A DNA stretch of 64,000 bases from Octopus vulgaris (lineage: Eukaryota). The stretch lies in contig OX597814.1 of NCBI GenBank assembly GCA_951406725.2, forward strand, positions 165,168,001 through 165,232,000. Direction: 5' to 3'. Under the pieces are notes generated by a model, which was given only the letters and a program-made list of their open reading frames with translations, did no database searches and was not told where the DNA came from. A program made the translations under genes and the position numbers. This document shows positions 41,898 through 56,039 of the stretch, piece after piece; within the stretch, counting starts at the first letter, position 1; every line of letters begins with the position of its first letter.

Positions 41898-42913
41898 CAG
41901 ACACACACACACACACATATATGCACACCCGCACGCACACACACACACGTACGTACATACACACAAACACTTAAGCACACATACGCACGCACACACACGC
42001 ACACACACACACTCACTGCGAGAAGGCGAGAAAGTAAGTTATAAAGCTTGGGGTTTATGTCGTAGAAGGAATCAGTTCCACTCCTTGAAAATCTTTAACG
42101 ACCCATCTGGGAATAAGTACAGAAAAAAAGACGATATTTGAAATAAACTCTTTGATAACGTTTGGCCCTTATAACTTCAAAAAAGGTGCATAATTACATA
42201 AAGCAACGGTTTTAAATATACCGTAGGGGGATCACGTAATCCGTTTCTGTTACTTTTTTTTGTTGTTGTTGCTTCCATTTTCTTTTCTTATCTTAGCCTA
42301 CTTCATCTTCTTCTTCCTCTCCTTTTCCCTCGGTGTCTTCTCTCTTGTTGATGTCGTCTTCATTTTTGTTCCAAAACAAACATAGAAACAATGAAGTCGG
42401 ATGTAGCGGAAGAAAGACAGATTCCGGAAGAGAGAGGAGAAAGCAAAAGAGATTGAAAGACTGGGTCGGTAAAAATAGAGATAGAAAATGATAAATAGCC
42501 ATTGGGTGGCAGATGTTAAAATGTACCATGTACCATTCGGTTATTTTATATTTTTATTATATTTTTATTATTTTTTAAGACGCACAAGAACAAGAAAGGA
42601 ATGCGGAGACTAATAAAAAGTTCTAGAAACACCACTTGCCACACATTGTGATTGAAACGCTGAGCTCATGTTTAAGACAGCGTATCTGAAAGCAGGTAGT
42701 CCTCAGAGTTTTCGTTTGAAGCACGCTAAAAGCATTAAAGAACTTGCGGATTATGTATTCGCGTATTCGCCTCTACAGCCTACTAAACTTCGGTGTCATA
42801 ACCACGCACATTTTTCTCAATTATCTTTGAACAAACGTCATAAATACTGTAGCTTTATTTTATCTCAGTTGGAACAGATAATGAAAGACATGACTGCTTC
42901 ACTATGACACGGC

Positions 42914-42970
<57 letters not shown>

Positions 42971-42971
42971 C

Positions 42972-43184
42972 TTTTCTACTCTAGGCATAAGGCCCAAAAT
43001 TTTGGGGGAGGGGGGGCCAGTCGATTAGATCGATCCCAGTACGAAACTGGTACTTAATTTATCGACCCCGAAAGAATGAAAGGCAAAATCGACCTCGGCG
43101 GAATTTGAATTCAGAACGTAGCGGCAGACGAAATATCACTAAGCATTTCACCCGGCGTGCAAACGATTCTGCCCGCACACCGCC

Positions 43185-43186
<2 letters not shown>
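42972..43186 (-). mobile_element. SINE family A (short-tail form) inserted in (AAT)n
   Basis: Consensus body flanked on both sides by AAT arrays. Confidence 0.92.
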
Positions 43187-43271
<85 letters not shown>

Positions 43272-43429
43272 GCAACAACAACAACAATAATAATAATAAT
43301 AATAATTCAGCCAAAACTCATGTCGGGTCAGAGGAAATATTAACAATGACAAAAAGTAAAAAGAAAATCAAAATAATAATATCAGTGATGATGATAATAA
43401 TAATGAAAGGTAGCGGTTGGAATCTCCCC

Positions 43430-44800
43430 ATGTCCTGATTGAGGATACATCTAGTGAATGTACCACAATAAACTCACTGGTAATTCACAACCTGATAATC
43501 GCTGCCTCATATGAGTGACGATGAAAAAACAAAATATTATGAATAACGGTGATAATGAAACCGAAGCCCTTGAGGTGACAGCGTTGCATCCGGCAGGTTC
43601 GGAGATACTGGTCCGACTCCAGCCTATCGCTATCCAGCAAGGGACCAGTACTTCGACGTAGATGGAACAAACAAGTCAATGCTGTGGTCATGAAGCTTTA
43701 CTACCTGAGCAAACCTGTGGACGAAAATTGTGTTCATATTGGGGGATACCGACAATGTATGTATGATCAATGGAGAGAAAGAGGATTGTTTCAACTCACT
43801 GAACAAAGATTATGTTGTCAAGCTAGAGCAATAAGAAAAATTCTTGGTTTACAGAAGTAGGGCACGAAGCTACCAAAAGACGGATATTGGAAACCAGTAG
43901 TAGAGTAAAGGATGAAAATGCAGTTCCTACTGAAAAAGTAATCTCATGGCAGAAAACAGAGGTGAAATCTCTGATAAACTGCAGGAAAGGAACAGTGATA
44001 GCTTGCTCGATGAGAGACATATAGAGAGTTTGAAAGAAAACAATAAAACAAATGATGACAATGACATAATAGATGAGCAAAAGGCAATCTACGACAGAGT
44101 AAAGGCAAGGCTACAGAGGAACGATAACAAATACCACCAAAGAATGAAGGGATACCAACAGAAGAGTTTATTCAACGTAGATAAGATATTCTACAAAGAA
44201 ATAAATGGAGTGTACAGATCAAAAGTTGATACCAGACAGCATTGAAAGTCAAATGTTTTGGAGTGACATCTGGAGCAAAGACAAGGAGCACAAGAAGGAT
44301 GCTGAATGGTTGCTAGAATTGAAAAACAAACAGTAGTCGGTCTAAACAGCCAGAACTAGTCATTTCAGTTAGGGAAGTGAATGAAATCAGCAAAAAATGG
44401 GCAACTGGACCAGATGGAGTTTAATCTCGGGACCAGATGGAGTTCAAGGTTACTGTATCAAAAGATTTGGTGAATGTCATACACGAATAGCTGCACAGCG
44501 CAACACCTTGTTAAATGCCAACCAAGTAACACCAGAGTGGTTGATAATGTGTAGGAAAGTGCTGTGCTTGAACGACATCGAAAAAGGCAATATGGTAGAC
44601 AATTACAGGCCGATATCCTGCTTGCTGCCTATGTGGAAATTATTGACTGGAATAGTCGCAGCGTCAATGTACGGACATCTGAAAAAAAATTTTGAGTTCT
44701 GCTACATGAGCAGAAGGGTTGTAAGCATAAGTGCAAAGGTAGCAAGGATCAACTCCTGGTAGACACAATTATACTTAGATACTGCAAGAGGAGGAAAACT
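43430..44800 (+). mobile_element. R4/Dong-like non-LTR retrotransposon, 5' part with RT N-terminus (decayed)
   Basis: RRRWNKQVNAVVM...QWRERGLFQLTEQRL, FYKEING, FWSDIWS, GPDGVQGYCIKRF, TPEWL, DNYRPISCLLPMWKLLTGI and EQKGC...DQLLVD; follows an (AAT)n array. Confidence 0.88.
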
Positions 44801-46031
44801 TGCTTGAAATAAATCAAAAGTTTAACTACGTACTACACCAGAGGAAAGAAATGCGGTACAGTGGAAGTACGCTTCGCGAGTGAACAAGAAGCGATAAAAC
44901 ACACCACTGTGCCTTTGAGATCAACTGCTACCAACTTACTGTGGCAAACATGCCGCCAGAGTGAGGATTGGTAGAGTACCCCCAGAAATTTACGAGGCGT
45001 GGCTGGTGGCAGCCATCCTCTATAATACAGAAGATGAAATCAAAATACTTAAAATCAAAAGAGCTACAGAGGTAAACTATTGGGGATACGGCCTTGAGGT
45101 GTCAGTTCACATCAGTTTACCAGAAATCCACAAAATTGCAGAAGAATTGGTGTTGCCGGACGAGACGAAGCTGAGAGTTGTAGTGGAAGCTGAGAGTTGT
45201 ATGCTATCAATGTGGAGTACGGTGACACATGAAAGCTAAGTGTTCCTAGAAATACGAAGAGAAAGTGACGGGGGTGGAATAGCAAGAAGAGGTGGACGTG
45301 CAAGGCATAAGAGAGCAGAAACTAATGGAAAATATGGAAGAAAGATACACAGTGAGGAAGAGGAAGGAAAGACAACAAAACGCGGACTCACCACCAAAGA
45401 GTCCCATGAAGAAAAGAAAAGGAAATGGAGAGGAGAAGCAGAGCGTGAAACAAGGAAGAGTGAACGAGCAGAGAAAAAATGAAAGGCCAACAAAAGTAAG
45501 TGGTGGGGTCGAGGAGCGAAGACAAACCATTACCAACAATCAGCAAGGAGGAGAAAGTACAGAAGAAAAAGGAAGATGAAAGAAAAATGATAACAATAAA
45601 GAATGAGAGAATACAGAGATAGAAATACAAGCAACAGTAGAAGAGATTAGTGAAGAAAATCAGAGAGAGATACCAAAAGGAAAACAATTTAAAAATATAA
45701 AGTATACAAAAAGTATAGAAATTGAAAAAAAGATTGCGAAAATGAAGAATGTAATTAGAATTAAATTGTCACTCAACGAGAAAAATGTAGGTCTGAAAGC
45801 TGTTCTGCTGGAAAGAGAGAGGAGAAAGGTTAAAGGAATTGTTTGGTAAAAAGTTAGAAGTGACACCAGTACAGTATCGTTTTAATGAATTGTCGCCGCT
45901 GGTGGCATTCGAAGATTTAATGGAGTATTTGTTGTAAGTGAGAAAATTTAAGAACTGAATAATTAATGACATTGTGTAAATTAAAAAAAAAAGAAAAACA
46001 GGGAAAAACCAACAGATACAAGACAGAATAT

Positions 46032-46467
46032 GGATCTTTTCGGTTTGAACGGCAGTTTTTTCTAGCGGTGTCATATGAAATTGTCACCCATAATTATGAC
46101 CCTAGAATCGATCTATTGCATTTCAATCTCTTTTAGGGTTAGGGTTAGTTAGGGTTAGGGTTAGAGTTAGGGTTAGGGGAAGGGTATCTTTTTTCTTCAG
46201 AAATGTAAATAAACCTAATCTGTTTCTTAAACGAGGGACATATTCATACGGCACAGAATGTTTTTTAACTCAATAGACGTCACTGATTGGTTGAAATTGC
46301 AGAAATTGAAGAAAAAAACAACAAATATCTTACAAACTATAGACTTTTCTCAATAAAGCCAAGAGAAAAAGATGTTTTATAAACAGATTCTACCAGTATA
46401 CGAAGTTTAAAATTTTTTAGTTACCTAGAAATTATGTTAAAAACTGCCGTTCAAACCGAAAAGATCC
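46032..46467. mobile_element. 436-bp MITE with perfect 29-bp TIRs, 8-bp TSD and internal telomeric repeats
   Basis: TIR GGATCTTTTCGGTTTGAACGGCAGTTTTT; TSD CAGAATAT at 46024-46031 and 46468-46475. Confidence 0.95.
46133..46178 (+). repeat. Interstitial (TTAGGG)n, about 7 units
   Basis: TTAGGGTTAGGGTTAGTTAGGGTTAGGGTTAGAGTTAGGGTTAGGG. Confidence 0.9.
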
Positions 46468-47449
46468 CAGAATATTGAACTGTTAGTAAAACGTTATATA
46501 AAACAGTAAAATTAAACTACCTGCTTATATGGGGGTCATTTCATCCCCATTTTTCATTGTATCAATAATTTCATACGATATGTGTTTTTATGTACCCCAT
46601 TGTATTGTTTTGTATTGTCCCCTCTCTTTAAGAGTCGTGCTCAATAAAAGAAATCAGGAAATTGGTGTTGCCTTGGAGAAGGTTTGCGCTCTCTGACTGC
46701 TCTTGTTGTTACTTTTAGAAAGTTTCTTTCTTATATAAACTACGTAATTTTAATTATTAATCTTTAATTTTTAGTAATGATGATTATAAATAATTAATTT
46801 GATCAAATTTATATTATTTACTATTTGACTAGAGATGATATAATACTTTAAATATATTATTTTGCTATTTTCCTATAGATAATAGCGTGTTATTATAAAA
46901 ACATGTATTTTAATATGAAAGAATGAAAGGAATATTTCTTAATTAGCCACGGTCTTTTTTGAATAGTTTTTTTTTAATTTGTTCCTGGTATATAAAAACT
47001 AATACGCTACGATATATTTAGAATGGAATACTTAATAACATTCAAATATATTTTAAGGCCGTTTATTTTTTATATTTTTATCTTTGTTTTCGTTTTTTAA
47101 TTAATAACGCTCACGCTTATAAACAGATTTAAATTCAGACTTATTGGATATGTGAATCCTAATACACATTATAGATTACACTGAGGAGATTCTTGGCCAA
47201 AAAAACAATGAATTTTTATAATTTTATTATGGCCAAGAATTGAAATATCTGTATGTGATTTATATTTAACATTTATTACTTATATTGCATTGTATTATCA
47301 TAAGAATATAATATAATATACTATAATGCTAATAAATTTTAATTTTTGAATTGCCAATTGTTGTACATCTTCATTTTCTATTCATTTGTGTGTGTGTGTG
47401 TGTGTGTGTGTGTACATATAAACGACATTTTTCTTCTAGTTCTCTCTAT

Positions 47450-47580
47450 TAAATCCACTTACAAGGCTTTGACCAGCCTGAGGCTTTAGTAGAAGACCCG
47501 TGCCCAAAATGTCACGTAGTTGCACTGAACCTGGAACCATGTGGTTGAGAAGTAAGCGTCTTACCACGTAGGCGCGCCCG
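47450..47580 (-). mobile_element. SINE family B 5' half, diverged
   Basis: Reverse complement of the head and CORE-like domain. Confidence 0.8.
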
Positions 47581-47897
47581 TATATGTATGTATTATATAT
47601 ATATATATTACTAGTTTTATTTATTGGACAGCATTTTATATATAAATTAACCAAAGAATGCGTTCATAGATTTCTATAGGAAACTGATATCCACACTGAT
47701 AAGATTCAGGCACCATCAAACCCGTGTTTAGGTATTTTTATTTAATTTAGGGTTCAAGAGAAAATATATATATCAGTCACTTCCGCCTACTTTTTTTTTT
47801 TTCAAACTCCTACTATTCTATCATAAGGAAATTTACCCCAAAACGCGATCATCCTTTGCATTTTTTATTTGATACCTGAAGAGGACAACGTCCTGTA

Positions 47898-48027
<130 letters not shown>

Positions 48028-48710
48028 TTGTTGACTAAGCCACAGTTGCTGAAGTAAATGAGGTGATATTCAAGTTAAAATATATTCTCGGAAAATCGGA
48101 AAATATCTACCATTTACAATGGTTTATGAAACACTCAGCCGAAATCAATTTCTACCATCGTAACCCTTAGGTTATATCGCATTTTCATTGCAAGCGAATT
48201 TTCTCTCATCAAAAATTTTAGTATCTTCCTCTTCCTTCAGAGTTGAGTAGCGAATCTAAACAAGACAGTATCAACGACGAAGTGCAATCTTTCATATCTA
48301 ACTTCACATCGAATGAACTCGTTAGAGTCACAGAAAAAAAAAATGTCCGCCGATATTTAGTTACAATATGTGATTTTCTTATTTCAAATACTGCCGATGT
48401 TTCATTCATCCAGTCAATTTAATATTCCTAGAAATGATGATGGATGTGAATATAATTATGATAGAAGACTAAAGACTTTTGCTTTCATCCATCCGGGGGT
48501 TTAATTAAATACTGGGAATATACTGTGTTTGATTTAATAGGTTCATATCTCGTTCTTTACTCAGATAAACTAATTCGTGGATTGTTTGTTCAGCATTGAA
48601 ATGTCTAAAAGTCAACATGATTTCTACAGTAGTAGTGATTTATTACGTTAGGGTTATCAAGCCGATACCAAACCCTTTTAATTGTTTATATAATCGCTGC
48701 TGCAATTACG

Positions 48711-48798
<88 letters not shown>

Positions 48799-48900
48799 GT
48801 GTGTGCCTGTATAAGTATAGATGTTTGTATTTATATATAATATACATTACACACACACACAAACACAGACATATACATATATACACACACGCGCACAAAC

Positions 48901-48931
<31 letters not shown>

Positions 48932-49323
48932 CATAATATATATTTATATATATATATATATACATATATATACACACATATATATATATACAAATATATA
49001 TATATATACAAATAGAAATATATATATTTATATACATACATAGATACACAAATATATATAAATATATACATATTTGTACATATATATGTATACATATATG
49101 TATGTGTGAATGTATGTATGTGTTTATGTACGTATGTGTATATTTAAGTATATGTATCGCGCGCGCGCGTGTGTGTGTGCGCGTGTGTGTGTGTGTGTGT
49201 GTGTAAGTATACATACCTGACAAGTCATATGGTTAGTGTCATTATATCAGATTCTCCACTTAAAAGAAAATCAAAATGAGGGACACCATTCAAATGAATA
49301 AACACACTCATGGCAACTGAAAT

Positions 49324-49606
49324 TAGTATACTTCTGAAATAACTGTTTTCAGAATAACGGAAAATTCAGCTGAATAGAAAAAAAATCATCGTATAATGAT
49401 CATTTTAGTTGAAATTATTTTTTTTTCCTCACTGTACATTCTATTCTTAATAAAGTTGTGGTCATTATATTATATCGCTCTTTCTTATTTATTTTATGCA
49501 TCCCTTTTATTTTCATAGTGTTTTAAAACAATTTCCTAGTCAACGGAAAGTTCAGAATAACGGCATCTCAAATCAACAAAATTGCCGTTATTTGGGAAGC
49601 ATACTG
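49324..49606. mobile_element. Old Tigger/pogo-like MITE
   Basis: Imperfect TIRs TAGTATACTTCTGAAATAAC / GTTATTTGGGAAGCATACTG|TA; internal repeated AGAATAACGG. Confidence 0.6.
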
Positions 49607-49879
49607 TATGATACTAGAAACACGAAATCAGTATTTACATAATGTATTTCGTTTGTATTTGCTCTGCAAATATTTTAATAGTTATTAAGTATATTTAAGT
49701 ATGCAAGAAAGATAACGTTTTCAAAATAGAGCAAATGTTGTGGATGTTTTTTAATATTTTTTATGCTTCTCGTCAATTTTTGTATATTTTGGCCATCAAG
49801 ATTAAAATCTGGCATAACCTTCTGCTTCACTAAAATCTTTCCATTAATTCAATATTCTGAGTACTTATATAGATAAACA

Positions 49880-50148
49880 CTTCTACACATACATAAACAC
49901 ACACACACTTATACACGCGCGCATACATACATACACGCACATGCATATGTCCCTATACATGTATGTATATATATATATATACATACACACATACATATAT
50001 ATATATACATTATATATATATACATACATATATATATTTATATATACATACATATATACATACATATATATATACATTATATATATATACATATATATAT
50101 ATATATACATACATATATACATACATATATATATATATATATATATGA

Positions 50149-50187
<39 letters not shown>

Positions 50188-50205
50188 CATACATACATAC
50201 ATACA

Positions 50206-50252
<47 letters not shown>

Positions 50253-50372
50253 GTGCATATATATATATATATATATATGCATACATATATAAATATATAT
50301 ATAGACACATATATATATTTATACAAATATAAATCATACAGACATACGTACATACATACATGCATACATACA
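49880..50372. repeat. (TA)n/(TACA)n compound microsatellite block
   Basis: Directly visible. Confidence 0.95.
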
Positions 50373-50559
50373 GCCGATTTGACCTCTTTCACATATTGGA
50401 TACTGCATAAACATTTCAACATTTAAAAGCACCCATATTGACTGAAATCTACGTAAAATTGGTTGCTTAATTGCATAGTCACATGACAATTTCAGTTAAT
50501 TTACAAGCCAAATTTAACCGAATCGTATACAAAAGCACATAATTTTGAATTGCGGCTAT

Positions 50560-50810
50560 GATAGATTGTGTTTCATATCGCACTGGATGTTGAAACTGGG
50601 GAGTGTCTCCTTTGAGTGGGTCTCCTACAAGGTGTTGTTTTGTACCCTTTATATTTGACATGGTACTGGACTATGCGCGCCTGATGAGAAACTGAACATC
50701 ATTATCAAACCGAGGAAGACCAGAGAGTTAGTTGGGTGACACTAACTGACCTGGATTTTAGTGATGGTATCAATTTGCTGATGGATGAAATCTCAAAATA
50801 CTCAGGTTCT
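50560..50810 (+). mobile_element. RTE-like RT fragment
   Basis: GLLQG...FIFDMVLDYAR...IKPRKTR...TLTDLDFSDGINLL (degenerate GVLQGD and LDFADDIxLL). Confidence 0.65.
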
Positions 50811-52657
50811 CCAATGGAAAACAAAAACCGAGAAATCGAATAGATGGACTAGAACGCTATTGACCACAATTAATTTTAAAATGTTTCAGGTGCTCTTCTG
50901 AAGCTAGGTTTTTTTGCTGCTGTGTTTTGTTTGTTTTTTGTATCTCGTATCATTCATAGTGAATTCGAAATGACATTAATATGTGTAAAGGCCTTGCCTG
51001 GCATAATGTTCATTGATATAAAGTATTTATGGACCTACTGTTGTATAGTGAAACTGCACACCCCTCACGGTAAAAAATGGTAGTAGCAAGCCATCATAAA
51101 TATACCAGTAGCCGATCGGCAGAAGAAGGTCGAGAGTACGTGTAGACTGTGTTGACAGTTGTGTCTGTGCTGATATAGTAATTATACTGTGATATTGAGT
51201 GGACGTTATAACAATCCAACATTTTGGGGATAAAAATACTGTTACGACTGGGGGTTGTACAATGCCACATAGAAACATCCTATCGACGACTTCGGAATAA
51301 TGCAATAACTGCCAGAGCGACAACAGTAGTCAAAAGACAGATACAACAGTGGCAAAAGACCACTTTACAACACCTAATTCTCCAATAAGGTTATCTTCAT
51401 AGCCGAGATCTTGGATCCTTACAAAGTCTGTAATCAAAACCTTTCACCGTAGCCGTTTTCCTAAAATACTCCGGACATCCGTCAGCCTCTACTAGACACA
51501 GAAATGATCAATAAACAACTCAACGTGACATCTACCAGTTGACTAAAAGGAGAGCAGGCAGACAACTATAACATCCAGAATTGCCTGCTTGCTAAGTTAC
51601 CATTTGGTAACCGACCCATGGGAGGTAGAACCGTAAGTGTCTTTCCCAAAACATGATTAATAACTTAATAGAGAATAGTCGTAATGTGACTGCTGAGCTC
51701 AGGTGACTGACGCCAGAACAGGATATTTGACGTATCCATCATTGTGCGCAGTTGACGTGCAGGTTGTAGACGAAAGAAAAAAATATGGACTTCGTGTAAA
51801 GATGAAAGAAACATGTAAAGATGAAAGAAGCAAAAAATGAAAAATAAGTGAACACTGATCTTAAATTGATTTTACTTGTACCAGTTACATTACGTCATAT
51901 TTCGAAGGTTATGCTTTTATAATCAAAGAGCAAGATATAGCTACAAAATACTTATTGAACAAAAAAAGACAGTAAAGGCCTTTAAAGCTCTAAGTGTTGG
52001 CCAAAAATGTCATGTCACATACCTTTCGATGTTATACTGCAATATGTCAGTAATGTGGAACATTTCACCGCAGCATTGACGTTTTTATTAGAAAACAAAG
52101 CACAACACCACTAGTATGACGAACTGCTTTAGGATAAATACAAAAAATGCTTCTCATAATGAATATATTCATACATTCCAACATGCCTGTTGTTGTCTGG
52201 AAAACAAAAACTATGTACCTTTGTGAATGTCAACTACCCAGCAGAACTAGTGAGAAACAGAACATATGTGGTCAACTTTTCGAATGCACAACTTCTCTAT
52301 ACAGTTTATAACTGTACAATTGTATCCATTATTATTATTGTTAATGGTCATGTTGTTATGTGTTTAAGTAATCGTCAGACAAAGATGGGGTTTCTCAACT
52401 TGCAAAATAAACTTAGATGTATTTTGCGAATTCAGTCTACGAGTAAATTTTAAAATATGCAAAACTTCTTAGAAATTTCTAAATTAAGGCGGTGGGCAGG
52501 CAGAGCCGTCGGAATGCTGGTGGACTTGCGAAATTTATTGTTCTAAACAGTAACGAAATAAGAAAAAACGTTAATAAAAAAAGGCTAAATTGAAAACGGT
52601 CGTGCCTTCGATATATGTTTGAAATAATAGCTACCCTTCAGAGAGACACACAGACAG

Positions 52658-52759
<102 letters not shown>

Positions 52760-53946
52760 TTCTCTCATTTTCTGAATATCAAATTCTAGTCTCAAGGTAG
52801 TGCTCAATCGAAAGCTATGACAGAAAACATTTGCTGAAGATGTCGCGTATTACAATCGAGCCCCGAGTCACTTGGTTCCGAAGTGAATTTGTATAACATA
52901 CACGCAAGCACAAGTTTCGCTGACTACGATGTCAAACAACCAAGTAAGAGGCATTTTCGTTGACGTAATACTTATAGCTGTATCACTCCATAAGTTAAAT
53001 TACTATCGTTTTATGACAATAGAGTATAGTCATAATTCAACTGTGGATAGCAAGCTGCCGTCGACTGGAAAATTTCGTGACTTTTTTTTTTACATTTCCT
53101 TTGCAATTTTCTTCTGAATCACGTAATTATGTTATCAACGTTCAATATTAAGACAGAATAATTGTTGTTGTCGTTGTTGTGGTGATGGTGTTGGTGGTGT
53201 CGGGTGTTTTCAGACACAACAGTTTGTTTCCTATAGTCTTATACAGAACATTTGTAATCTTTCTAATTCTCTCTCTCTCTCTCTCTCTCTCTCTGTAGCT
53301 TTTATTGTTTTGTTATATAATTTTCCTTTAGCTCCTGTTTCCCCTCCAACACCACCACCACCTCCTCCTTCTTCTTTTTCTTCTTCTTCTTCTCCTTCTT
53401 CGTCACCTCTTTATCATCATCATCACCATCATTATCATCATCGCCGTGAATAGTCACGTTTCACAGTGCTCCGTGTTGAAGATGTTTTGTTCTAACATTA
53501 CCGTTTTTTTTTTCTTTACTAATAAATGACTTTGAAACGTTTACCCCATACAATGACGTAGATGAAAAGTTTATCTTCATACATTTTAAAAGCTATTTAA
53601 CGGTTTTGACATTTGTAATATTTGCACGTTACAAGATGACTGCCCTAGAAGTAGAAACAAAAGGTGCTTTACCACAGTTGCAGAAGTTATATCATAAACA
53701 AACACGATCCAATTATATTAATCAAACTGACAGACGGAACTTCGAACTGATACAAATGTACTCGTATAATAACTAAAGACAAGCGCAAAAAACTTTAATT
53801 ATTAAAACAAACAAAAAATACTAAAACAGGACAAAATGCATCAGTACTATCAACAACATTTAATCGTCTATTAAGGTTGTGAAATAAGGTGGGTGGTGAC
53901 CCAGTGAACGGAAAAACAGAAAGTCAGTTATGTCCCATTTCTATTA

Positions 53947-54015
53947 TGTCCTATTTATAGATGAATTAACAGGACAGTGTCTCGTTGTCTTGCTAATTCA
54001 TCTAGAAATAGGGCA
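53947..54015 (+). other. 30-bp stem / 9-nt loop hairpin
   Basis: TGTCCTATTTATAGATGAATTAACAGGACA-GTGTCTCGT-TGTCTTGCTAATTCATCTAGAAATAGGGCA; 2 mismatches and 2 G-U pairs. Confidence 0.8.
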
Positions 54016-56039
54016 GAAAGGAAAGTTACGTGCCTGTTTTTCAAACAATGGGTGGTGGCCATTTTCCCCGTGAAAGATAATTTAGAGGCTACTCTTCTTT
54101 GGTGTGAAACAGAATGTGTGATTCACCAACAAAAGTGCAACTTATGAACGTGTGTTTTCTAGTCTTTATGATTGGTGGCAAAATGTTAATGACAAATTTC
54201 TGTTACTGTTTATGGGTTTGAGAAATACGGGAATCACAGCCAGAGATAATGGTACTAACCTCGATCCTTGGTTTGTTTGGTGTTACCTCTTTGAAACATT
54301 ACAGGCATTTAACGAGCGCAGGGGTGAACCATATCTTAACGTTTGATCTGTATGGACAGCTAAGTTCTTATGATCAGCAAAATCAACGAGAACATCCAGG
54401 AGTTAAACCCACTGAAAGTTGATTAAACAGGTTCTTCTAGATAGGAAACATATGTAGTCTTGAATTTATTTAGTCCATTCCCTCAATATGCTTTGAGTAA
54501 TATATATTTAACATCTTCAGTATTCAATATATATTTCTATTTTCCACTTTAACTATGCACCATTATTAATTCTAACTATAACTGGCATTTTATGTATCGA
54601 TGGTAACTACTTCTTTTCACATTTAATTTCAAGTTCACAAGTTGTTTTTGCGAAACATTTAAAACTGCAAGGTTCCAGGAAAATTTAACTCAAAATATGC
54701 TTTCTGAAAAGTTCTCTCTTTACAAAAAGAACTTTCTTATACCTCTTACTGTAATCAATAACAATTTGTAAAATATCTTTTATTAAAATATCATGGGTTT
54801 TGTCTCCTAACAAGCTGAACCTGTCATTCCATAACACCAATAAGAGATTTTTAATAATTTTAAGTAAGGGAATTTTTTATACTAGCATTTTGGTGCATTG
54901 TTACATATCGTATCATTTGTTAATTTTTAATAACACTTACTTTAAAATATCCCCTTAATAATTATTGGTTTTGATTGATAAGCAACAACAAATATATATA
55001 TAGCAACACTTCCTTTAATCATTGTGCTATGTCATTACATTTCTTCACCAATAAATTTGTCATGGAAGTTCTTTGATAGGAAACTATATAAATGTGTTTT
55101 TTTTAATTATATATCATTAAAAGACAAAGCTTTAATGTTATATCATAACTACAGAATCAGTGTGTTTCTGTCTTATTGCCTGATGCTTCACATAACCACT
55201 TACTAAAGCTCTTCATATTCAAAATATATCCTTTACATATCATTATTAATTTTCAAGGATATTATAAATTGAACTACTTAAATAATTCATAACGATATTG
55301 TATCAGATGGACCTACTAGTTTCAGATTGCTATACACAAAAGCACGGAAAAGATTTTTCTGACATTTGATACTCTCCTACAGCTAGCTTGTTTGTCGCAT
55401 TTTTTTGTGCTGAAAATTATTCTTTAGGTTTTCCTTTTCTATCATTGTTCATGCTTGTATTGTTTCTGATAGTAAGCGTTGCTTTTTTGCTTTAACGTCG
55501 TGTTATTATTGTCAAGGCAATTAGATGTTTGTGTTGTTTTGTGGTCTGCTTTGTTTTGTTACCGAGGTTGAATTACTTATATTACTTGTTATAGTTCAAA
55601 ATGAACAACAACAATTGCACCCCAAATGTATTCCCTATGACAACACAAAACACGAGCAACGATGTCGACAACGCCAGCAACAATAAAATTACTTCTTAAT
55701 CGTACTGCAAAATCAAAATTCTTCTGCACCAACAGTTTGGAAATGTGAGACTGGCACGTTAAAAAAATTGAAATTAGCACATTAAAAACAATATTGCAAG
55801 CGTGCTGACCGAACTACCCGGCGCTAACTGTTCCTCGCATATACACTAACTAACTGAATATCCCAAACTCGTTATAAACGTGCTTATATGCATTTTTATA
55901 ATATCATGTACGAATTAAATAATATTAAAACTAAAATAAAAAAGATAATTCAAATCGGGAAAAATTTGGGAGCTAAGACACTCTATTATAAAGGGCTAGG
56001 ACTAAGTGTCTAAAATTCAAAGCTTAAATTGTTTTGATG

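Larger units (their letters stand above)
44810..46650 (+). mobile_element. Probable deleted L1/Tx1-like element (ORF1-like segment, purine-rich middle, 3' end with AATAAA)
   Basis: TVEVRFASEQEA...VRIGRVPPEI resembles LINE ORF1 RRM-type regions; AATAAAAG at about 46642. Confidence 0.4.

Noticed and set aside
46133-46178. Chromosome end or fusion scar
   Set aside because: The short TTAGGG tract lies inside a TIR/TSD-bounded MITE and has no head-to-head arrangement.
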